64,000 nucleotides of DNA, taken from positions 9,838 to 73,837 of the forward strand of contig CAZMEQ010000001.1 of NCBI GenBank assembly GCA_964565345.1, given 5' to 3'. Positions 56,998-64,000 of this stretch are shown piece after piece. The translations under genes and the position numbers were made by a program. How positions within the stretch are numbered: the first letter of the stretch is position 1; each line of letters begins with the position of its first letter. The DNA comes from an uncultured Gammaproteobacteria bacterium (GTDB lineage Bacteria > Patescibacteriota > Patescibacteriia > UBA11705 > JABHMO01). The notes under the pieces were generated by a model. That model worked only from the letters and a program-made list of their open reading frames with translations, ran no database searches and was not told the DNA's origin.

Positions 56998-59900
56998 ATG
57001 AAAAAAGTTCTAGTCATGAGTGTCGTTTTAGCTACACTCGTATGGACAATGGGCTTGGCTGCATTTGTTCCAGCCGTTTCAGCTGCTACATTATCAGCTG
57101 GCGACTTGATCAAGGGTAGCGGTCCAGCTGTATATTACTATGCAGCTGATGGAAAGCGTTATACTTTCCCTACATTGTCAACATACATGACTTGGTATTC
57201 AGATTTCAGTAAGGTTAAAACCATTACTGACAGCGAATTAGCTGCTATTTCATTGGCAGGTAACGTAGTTGTAAGAGCTGGTACAAAGTTAGTTAAAATC
57301 GATACAGTTCCAAAAGTTTTCGCTGTAGAACCTAAGGGTAAATTATTGTGGGTTGATTCAGAAACATCTGCTTCTACACTTTATGGTGCAGAATGGAATA
57401 AGAGAATTATCACTATTCCAGATGGCTTTTGGACAAACTACACAGATTCAGGTTTGACATTAAGTGGTACTACATATCCAGAAGGACAGCTTGTTAAATG
57501 GGCTGGTTCAACAAACGTCTACTATGTTACTGGCGGAAAGAAAGCTTTGATTTCTTCAGACGCTGCTTTTGCTGCTAACATGTGGAAGACTTCTGATATC
57601 GTTACTGCTCCTGCTGCAATCACAATGACAGATGGCACAGCTATCTCAGCTGTTGTTCCAACTTACGTTGATGTTTCACAGGGTGGTGGCGCTGGTTCAA
57701 CAACATTACCAACAGGCGCTGGCACTTTAACAGTCGCTTTGGCTGGTGATACTCCAGCTGCTTCTCCTGTTGCAACTAATGGTGTTGCCAACTTCATGAA
57801 GTTTGGTTTAACAGCTAATGGTGCTGCAATGACTGTTTCTAAAATCCTTGTAACAAAGGGTGGTTATTCAGCAACTGGTGATGTTGAAAACATTAAGATT
57901 ACTGATTTAAGCGGAGTTGCTTTAACAAATTCAACAAGCTTAAACACAAACGGCACCGCTTATTTGACATTCTCTCCTGCTTTAACATTAGCAGCTGGTG
58001 AAACACGTTATTTCTTTGTCAAATCAGGTGTTATTACTGGCGCTACTACTGGTGGTACAATCTCTTTTGCTATTGCTTCATCTGCCGATGTTACTTCATC
58101 AGCAGCAACAGTAGCAGGAAATTTCCCTGTCCAAAGTAATGCCATGAGTATTATTTCTGTAACAATTGGTAGCGCAACTGTTTACGCTGATGGTACTGTT
58201 ACAAATACCACTCCAGATTCAGGTGACACCAATGTTATTGTTAATAAATTCAGAATTGAGGCTGGCACTACGGAGGCCATCACAATTGAATCAATTTCTT
58301 TGATGGAATCTGGTACTGCGTCTTTATCAGATGTTAAGAACATCGAACTTTGGAGTGTTACTCAAAACAAATCATTGGGTGAGGTTGCATCTTACGACAC
58401 TAATGGCAAAGTTAGTTTTACTAACTTAAACATCGTTGTTGGTAAGGGCGAAATCCATCGCTTTGTTGTCCGTGAGGATATCGTAAGTGGCGCTAGCTTA
58501 ACAACTAACGCTGATTTAACTGACGGAACTGATGTCTTAATGTCAGTAAAGGGTAACGCATATGGATTCTATATCTCACCAACAGTTGGTGGCGGTTGGA
58601 ACGGTAAGGGTGCTGCTGACCAGGTTATTAATGCTGGTTCATTATCAATTTCAAAGGCAACGAGCACACCAGCAACAGGTAAAATTGCTGAAGCTCCAGA
58701 CCAATTGTTAGCAGTTTTTGATTTCGATGCTAAAGGCGAAGAAGTTAAAGTCTCTGCTTTCAAGGTTAACTTCACAATGACTGGTACTGCTGATGGTGCT
58801 GACCTTATCTCTTGTAAGTTATTAGACAAGGATGGTAATTTGGTTGCTGGACCAGTTGATGGTACAGATGCTAATGACTATGTAAACTTCACTGATACTT
58901 TTATTGTTCCTGTTGGAGTAAATAAGTATTCAATGAAGTGCCGTGTCTTTGATAGCGATTCAAATGATTTTAATGGCGGTGCATCATGGCAAATGGTTGC
59001 TGATTCTGCCAATATGACAGCTAAGGGATATACTACAAACGATACAATTGTCCCAACTGGCGTTGCAACTGCAAACCCAATGACAGTAGCTACAGCAAAA
59101 TTGGTTGCTACTACTCTTGGTACTCCAGCTGCACAAAGCATTGCTCCTGGTTTAGCTAATTTCGTTTTTGCAACATTCTCGTTAGATGCAGCAAATTCTG
59201 GTGAAAACGTAAATGTTACAAACATCGTTTTAGAAGACACTGTAACACACTCAGGTGCTACAGAAGGTAATGCAGAAGACATTGACAATGTTGAAATCTG
59301 GTGCGACATGACCAGCGCTTCAAGTGAACGTGGTGATGTCTATGAAAAACTTTTCACTAACAGTGAATCTTGGACTGGTACTGGCGATGGCGACGACACT
59401 CTATCAATGAATTTCAATGAAACTCTTGTTATCACAAAAAATTCATTCGTTAAGTGCGCTGTTGTTGCAGATTTAGCTTCTGGTGCTGCTGTTAATGAAA
59501 AACACACAATTAGCATTGACAATGATGAGAATGATGTTTCAGCTACAGGTGCTGATACAGGTTCAACTATTACAGTTGCTGCTGCAGGTGGCAATGGTCA
59601 AACTATGACTGTTGCAGCTAACGGCGCTTTAACTATAACGGTTGATTCAACTTCTCCAAAGGCTGCTATTCTTGTTTCAAGTGAACAAAAGCAAACTTTG
59701 GGCGTCTTCCGTTTGGCTGCTGATTCTGTCGAATCTTTAGATTTAGACGAATTAACAGTCACTGATGATGGAAGTGATACTGGCGTTGCTATGTACTACT
59801 TCTATAGTAATAAGCGCGCTGATGGCGTTGCTATTACTGAACCTATTGCCACTAAACCAGGTGGAGCTACAGCACAAGCGGTTATCACTGATGGTACTGT

Positions 59901-60630
59901 AACTATCCCTGCAAGTGGTTATGTATTGATTACTGTTAAGGGTGACGTAAGTTATGTTGATGGTACAACTGTTGATAACGCTGCTACTGTCAGAGCTACA
60001 ATCGCTCTTGGTACAGATGTTGATGCAACTGGTTTATCATCTGGTTCTGCTGTTACAGGTGGCGGTAATTCATATGATGCTGCTATACACAGATTATACG
60101 AAGCTCGTCCTATTGTAACTAAGGACAGCAGTTCTCCAAGTGGCACTATCGGTACTGGTGTTAGCACTTTGGTTGCAGTCTTTAAGATTGACAACACTTC
60201 TGGCACCAAGGACGTAGTGATGTCTGCTGCTGGCGACAATGATATGGTATTCAACCTATCTGGCGCTGCTTCAGGAGCCTCTTGTGCTGGTGGATGTGCA
60301 GTAACTTTCAAGGATAAGAATGGCAATTTATTGTCAGATTCTGCAACAGCTGTTGACCTAGGTGGTTCTATTGCTGTTACAGATCTTAACCTCGACTTTA
60401 CTGATGGCACATTAACTGTTCCTGCTGGTGATTACGAGTTGATTAAGGTCTATGCTGATACCACAGACTTTACAACTGCTGGTAACTCATTACAGGTATG
60501 GTTAGATGATGTTGCTCCTGCAAACTTCTCATGGGGTATTGATAGTACAGCTGGTGGTACTACACAGGTTATGGAAACAGCTGACATTACTTTCCGTGGT
60601 GATATCTATGCTAATACACTTGGTAAATAA
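56998..60630 (+). CDS. giant secreted Thr/Ala/Gly-rich surface protein (S-layer/adhesin-like), 1210 aa
   Basis: Signal peptide MKKVLVMSVVLATLVWTMGLAAFVPAVSA. An N-terminal ~110-aa domain is shared with the C-terminus of the next gene. Long low-complexity beta-rich repeats follow. Confidence 0.8.
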   Translation: MKKVLVMSVVLATLVWTMGLAAFVPAVSAATLSAGDLIKGSGPAVYYYAADGKRYTFPTLSTYMTWYSDFSKVKTITDSELAAISLAGNVVVRAGTKLVKIDTVPKVFAVEPKGKLLWVDSETSASTLYGAEWNKRIITIPDGFWTNYTDSGLTLSGTTYPEGQLVKWAGSTNVYYVTGGKKALISSDAAFAANMWKTSDIVTAPAAITMTDGTAISAVVPTYVDVSQGGGAGSTTLPTGAGTLTVALAGDTPAASPVATNGVANFMKFGLTANGAAMTVSKILVTKGGYSATGDVENIKITDLSGVALTNSTSLNTNGTAYLTFSPALTLAAGETRYFFVKSGVITGATTGGTISFAIASSADVTSSAATVAGNFPVQSNAMSIISVTIGSATVYADGTVTNTTPDSGDTNVIVNKFRIEAGTTEAITIESISLMESGTASLSDVKNIELWSVTQNKSLGEVASYDTNGKVSFTNLNIVVGKGEIHRFVVREDIVSGASLTTNADLTDGTDVLMSVKGNAYGFYISPTVGGGWNGKGAADQVINAGSLSISKATSTPATGKIAEAPDQLLAVFDFDAKGEEVKVSAFKVNFTMTGTADGADLISCKLLDKDGNLVAGPVDGTDANDYVNFTDTFIVPVGVNKYSMKCRVFDSDSNDFNGGASWQMVADSANMTAKGYTTNDTIVPTGVATANPMTVATAKLVATTLGTPAAQSIAPGLANFVFATFSLDAANSGENVNVTNIVLEDTVTHSGATEGNAEDIDNVEIWCDMTSASSERGDVYEKLFTNSESWTGTGDGDDTLSMNFNETLVITKNSFVKCAVVADLASGAAVNEKHTISIDNDENDVSATGADTGSTITVAAAGGNGQTMTVAANGALTITVDSTSPKAAILVSSEQKQTLGVFRLAADSVESLDLDELTVTDDGSDTGVAMYYFYSNKRADGVAITEPIATKPGGATAQAVITDGTVTIPASGYVLITVKGDVSYVDGTTVDNAATVRATIALGTDVDATGLSSGSAVTGGGNSYDAAIHRLYEARPIVTKDSSSPSGTIGTGVSTLVAVFKIDNTSGTKDVVMSAAGDNDMVFNLSGAASGASCAGGCAVTFKDKNGNLLSDSATAVDLGGSIAVTDLNLDFTDGTLTVPAGDYELIKVYADTTDFTTAGNSLQVWLDDVAPANFSWGIDSTAGGTTQVMETADITFRGDIYANTLGK

Positions 60631-60650
60631 TCAAGTCTATCTAGTATAAA

Positions 60651-60690
60651 AAGAGTGCCTCTCCGCTATGTGCGGGGAGGGCTCTTTTTT
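60651..60690 (+). terminator. hairpin terminator after the 1210-aa gene
   Basis: AGAGTGCCTCTCCGC tatgt GCGGGGAGGGCTCT followed by TTTTTTTT. Confidence 0.6.
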
Positions 60691-60732
60691 TTCTTTTAAA
60701 TCTGTTATAATAAAGGAAAGAATAAATTTATC

Positions 60733-62346
60733 TTGAATATGAAGAGACTAATGATTCCTTTGTTATTATTGATTTTTGCGTTGCCTGTTTGGGCTTTAGA
60801 TGATAGCTTATTTGAAAAAACAGATGTCCCGACAGCAACTTGGTATATAGCACAGTTTGATAAACTAGCCCTAGACGTTGTTATTCCCTCTGGTAATGGT
60901 GGAAATGATACTCTTAAAGCCTTAACAGTACTAAATAATGGAACAGCTTATTATGCCCATGGATTGCAAAATTTACGTTTGTGGGTTGATGCTGGGGCTC
61001 CTGGTTTTCAGGGCTGGGGAATTGATAAGGATTTGGGCCCAGGTAGCACATCAGGTATGCAAAATAGCTGGAATTGGACTGATTTAAATGAAGGGTTGGG
61101 GGCTAATGGCAAAAGATTTTTTGTTAGCGCTGAAATGTGGCCTAATGCGCCTGCTTCTGCTATCAACTACACGGTTCAGTTATTAATTCCAGAATTAGTT
61201 GATGCAAATGGTAATGGGGTCTATGATCCTGATGACCAAGGCGTATTTTTGGAGTCAAAAAATAATGGCCCAACATCAAGCTATTTGCTGAATGTCTCAA
61301 GTCAAATTATTAGTTATTCAAACCTTGATGTGGAGGGACCAAAGGTAATTATTTCTAACTTGACGGAAAATCAAGTCGTAACGACGGGTTCTTATGTAAT
61401 ACAAGGGCAGGCACGCGATCAGGGTAAGTCTTCGGCTGAATTTGTAAAAATAAAAATATCTAAAGTCGGTGGTGCTTCGGGTGATTTTGATTTGGTTGAG
61501 TCTTTGACAGATAACTTTAGTAATTGGCAATATAAATGGATTAATATTGCGGACGGTACATATAAAATTTCAACACAATCGCAAGATTTTTTGGGGTATG
61601 TGTCATCGACTTCAGCTATAACGGTTATTGTAAATAAGGGGGGGGAGCTTTCACAACAGTATTCATCTGTTAGTGTTGATCAAAATACGGCAGTGGCCAA
61701 TGGAAGTGATACGATAAATATCAATGTTATTTTGAAAAATGGGAATGATTATCCACTTAAGGAAAAAACGGTTTATTTAAAAGAAATTAGACCTAACGGT
61801 GATTCTATTATAAAGACATCTGGTTCTGGCCAAACGGGTAAAGTAGTTTTTGCTCTACGAGCATATGAGCCTTCAACTGGGGTCTACAAGGTTACTATGG
61901 ATGATGAACAAGTCGGTAATAATTTTAATCTTTCTTTTGTGGAGAAGAGCGCAAATGATTCTAGCGATTACACAGAAGGACGTTGGATTAAAATTCAAGG
62001 CCACCCAGCAGTATATTTTTTAGATGCCGATAATGTGCGGCATGCTTATCCTACGCAAGCAGTTTGGGAAAGCTATTTTGGCAATGATTTTTCTAAGGTG
62101 GAGATTGTTTCGGCCACAGAAATGGCTAATTATACCTTGGGTAAGAATGTGACTTTTAAAATTGGGACTTTAATGAAATTACCCACAATTCCAAAAGTTT
62201 ATAAAGTAGAAAGCGGTGGTGTTATTAGATGGGTAATTTCAGAAACTATAGCACGTGCGTATTTTGGACTCGACTGGGCTGATAAGATAAGGACTATTCC
62301 GGATTCATTTTTTACAGATTACAAAGAAGGCGCTGATATTTACTAG
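60733..62346 (+). CDS. secreted surface protein (537 aa) with Ig-like middle region and C-terminal domain paralogous to the N-terminus of 56998..60630
   Basis: Signal peptide MNMKRLMIPLLLLIFALPVWA. C-terminal PAVYFLDADNVRHAYPTQAVWESYFGNDFSKVEIVS ... IRTIPDSFFTDYKEG aligns with PAVYYYAADGKRYTFPTLSTYMTWYSDFSKVKTIT ... IITIPDGFWTNYTDSG of the upstream gene. Confidence 0.8.
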   Translation: MNMKRLMIPLLLLIFALPVWALDDSLFEKTDVPTATWYIAQFDKLALDVVIPSGNGGNDTLKALTVLNNGTAYYAHGLQNLRLWVDAGAPGFQGWGIDKDLGPGSTSGMQNSWNWTDLNEGLGANGKRFFVSAEMWPNAPASAINYTVQLLIPELVDANGNGVYDPDDQGVFLESKNNGPTSSYLLNVSSQIISYSNLDVEGPKVIISNLTENQVVTTGSYVIQGQARDQGKSSAEFVKIKISKVGGASGDFDLVESLTDNFSNWQYKWINIADGTYKISTQSQDFLGYVSSTSAITVIVNKGGELSQQYSSVSVDQNTAVANGSDTININVILKNGNDYPLKEKTVYLKEIRPNGDSIIKTSGSGQTGKVVFALRAYEPSTGVYKVTMDDEQVGNNFNLSFVEKSANDSSDYTEGRWIKIQGHPAVYFLDADNVRHAYPTQAVWESYFGNDFSKVEIVSATEMANYTLGKNVTFKIGTLMKLPTIPKVYKVESGGVIRWVISETIARAYFGLDWADKIRTIPDSFFTDYKEGADIY

Positions 62347-62363
62347 ATAAAGTTATCCACAGC

Positions 62364-62390
62364 TGTCGACTTAGGTCGACAGCTTTTGTT
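62364..62390 (+). terminator. perfect hairpin plus T-run (terminator; possible left-end hairpin of an IS200-like unit)
   Basis: CAGCTGTCGAC ttag GTCGACAGCT followed by TTTGTTTTT. Confidence 0.55.
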
Positions 62391-62514
62391 TTTGGCTGAA
62401 TTTTAGAGTGCATCAGGTGTCGGAGCGGTCAGTCAAAATTACCTCGGAGTTAAAAGGCTATTATGAAACAATAAGAGTAAGCAAAACTAGGGTTTAATAA
62501 ATGTAATTATTAGT

Positions 62515-63234
62515 ATGGAGAAAAAAATGAATGCTAAAAACCCAGCATTACAGACGGGAACTGAATGCGGGGTGCAGTCAAAACAAAACTCAAAGTTTAC
62601 CAGACCATTAAGACAAAAGGGTGGAATTTACTTTTATGCAGGTTCCATAACTAGACGTAAAAATGTCTTTGTTACGCCTGAGTACATTAACTTGTTAGTT
62701 AATGCTTTTAAGTATTCGGAATTGAAAAAAGATATAAAAAATTTGGCCTATGTTGTGATGCCTAATTTTTTCTATTGGATTTTTAAGTTGAGTGATTTGC
62801 AAGATGATCCAGTTAATATTTTTGGTGAAGTAAAGCGAGATGTCGCGCGTGAGGTCATTAACAATTTAAAGATGGAAACAAAGAATGGTGATTTTGCACT
62901 AGATCCGATTATGAAAGGGAATAAACAAGTGGCCCGTTCTACTCCGCAACGTATCTTAGCGACCTTTGCCGAAGAGGCCAAAAAGTATGAGAATAAACGT
63001 TATCGAGTTTGGACACCCAAGACCGAGTTGCGTTTGATTGATAGTGCTGAATTATTGCAAGAAAAATTGGCCTTGTTGACCAAGGCTCCAGCTAATGAGC
63101 GTTGGCAATTGGTTAAGGATGCAAAAAAATATCCGTATTTGTATTTAGCAGAAGATCTAGCGCAATTATCTTGTGAGGAGCTTAAAAGTTATACTCTGAA
63201 TCTTTTAGAAACGGTCACTTATTCCAATACCTAG
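62515..63234 (+). mobile_element. IS200/IS605-type (Y1 HUH, REP-associated-transposase-like) domain protein with degenerate catalytic motifs
   Basis: GGIYFYAGSITRRKNVF and AYVVMPNFFYWIF resemble the IYHVTxRxxRR and LMPNHVHLL blocks of Transposase_17-family proteins. Both His of the HUH motif are replaced (F, Y), and no clear catalytic Tyr is present. GC hairpins flank the gene at 62364-62390 and 63261-63284. Confidence 0.3.
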
Positions 63235-63260
63235 TTTTTGCCCATATCTAATTCATTACA

Positions 63261-63284
63261 CCCCGCCGCTTTTATGCGGCGGGG
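63261..63284 (+). terminator. perfect 9-bp GC hairpin after the transposase-like gene
   Basis: CCCCGCCGC ttttat GCGGCGGGG. Confidence 0.45.
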
Positions 63285-63296
63285 TACAAGGGAGTT

Positions 63297-64000
63297 ATGA
63301 CAAAAAGAATATGTCTGATTGTGTTTTGTGTCTTAATTACTATGAGTATGAATATCCCTTTAGTTTCCGCGTCCATAGTTGATAATAGTATTGCCGCCAC
63401 TACAGTGCAACAATTTTATTTTTTTGACTGTGAGGATATGGATTGTCGAATGTGGTTAGAAGAAATGATCACAAGCGATTCTCTGAATGGCCAGAACAGT
63501 TCTGCTTCTATATCTGAAATCATTACAGAGACTGTTAATGAGGAGCCCTCGGCTATTGATGTTTCTGCTGGTAACACTGCAGTCGTTAATTTAGTCCCTG
63601 CTGTATTCCATTCGGTTCGTATTAATGAAATTGTCTCGGCGGTCGAAACAGGCGAGAAAGAATGGGTGGAATTGTATAATAATAGCACGGGTGTAATTAA
63701 TCTAAAGGATTGGTTTATCGAAGAGGGCGGTGGTACAAAAACAATTTTAGCAGGTGAAATTGAGGCCGCGGGATATTTAGTTTTTGAGACTAAAAACTTG
63801 AACAACAGTGGTGATATTATTTATTTAAAAGATTCGACTGGGCAGATTATCGATCAGGTTGTCTATGGAGACTGGAATGATGGCAGCCCTGTGGATAACT
63901 TTTTAGCCAGTGGGAAAGGGGAGTCATTGTCGTTAATTAATGATTCCTATGTGATTAATCCAAATATTACTAAAGGAGCGATAAACAGATATGAACAATT
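63297..64000 (+). CDS. secreted lamin-tail-domain (LTD) protein, 3' end beyond window
   Basis: RBS AAGGGAG precedes ATG 63297. Signal peptide MTKRICLIVFCVLITMSMNIPLVSA. LTD pattern RINEIVSAVETGEKEWVELYNNSTGVINLKDWFIEEGGG ... AAGYLVF ... NNSGDIIYLKDSTGQIIDQVVYG. The frame is open to position 64000. The minus-strand ORF 63416..63805 in the track is its antisense shadow. Confidence 0.7.
   Translation, partial: MTKRICLIVFCVLITMSMNIPLVSASIVDNSIAATTVQQFYFFDCEDMDCRMWLEEMITSDSLNGQNSSASISEIITETVNEEPSAIDVSAGNTAVVNLVPAVFHSVRINEIVSAVETGEKEWVELYNNSTGVINLKDWFIEEGGGTKTILAGEIEAAGYLVFETKNLNNSGDIIYLKDSTGQIIDQVVYGDWNDGSPVDNFLASGKGESLSLINDSYVINPNITKGAINRYEQ

Noticed and set aside
63416-63805. 129-aa minus-strand ORF in the track
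   Set aside because: Antisense to the much longer plus-strand LTD-domain ORF, which has a signal peptide, RBS and clear LTD motifs.

Overview
This 64 kb window has low overall G+C (roughly one third by eye). Its gene content looks like a small-genome, CPR/Patescibacteria-like bacterium, though the sequence alone cannot confirm that: lgt, GerMN, lamin-tail-domain and PSP1 proteins, a VirD4/TraD-like coupling ATPase, two giant secreted surface proteins, two ECF sigma/anti-sigma pairs, and a MacAB-like exporter. Most of the window is a housekeeping backbone: miaA, gatB, secE-nusG-rplK-rplA, gyrB, a SEDS protein, rplY, rlmN, prmC-prfA, rpmE, lgt, rpsB-tsf, pheST, dnaX, tRNA-Gln, thiI, and Fur, NUDIX and GT4 genes.

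Three things stand out.

1. A tight seven-gene minus-strand operon (4747..10131) encodes deoxypyrimidine metabolism. It contains a thymidylate-synthase-family enzyme, a DHFR-family protein, a dCTP-deaminase/dUTPase-family protein, a dCMP-deaminase-family protein, a P-loop NMP kinase, an unknown 328-aa protein, and a fused thymidylate-kinase/thymidine-kinase. The ThyA homolog has Asp at the position of the substrate-specificity Asn (E. coli Asn177). In thymidylate synthase, the corresponding Asn-to-Asp substitution shifts pyrimidine preference toward dCMP. The operon may therefore make a C5-modified dCMP (5-methyl or 5-hydroxymethyl), for DNA modification or as a thymidylate bypass, rather than being a plain thymidylate operon.

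2. Five single-gene islands of very high G+C, plus one non-coding high-G+C structured insert, are embedded in the low-GC backbone. Each coding island has a sigma70-like promoter in low-GC DNA immediately upstream and a GC-rich hairpin terminator at its 3' end. The five genes are a Cys-rich repeat secreted protein, a lipoprotein, a tandem-duplicated small protein, an MTAP-family phosphorylase, and a Bax-inhibitor/YccA-family membrane protein. The pattern suggests recent horizontal acquisition from a high-GC donor (for example an actinobacterial host of an epibiont), or a chimeric assembly.

3. The tRNA-Gln locus carries a duplicated 3' half of the tRNA and stacked palindromes, which looks like an att-site scar.

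I did not see a CRISPR array or rRNA genes.
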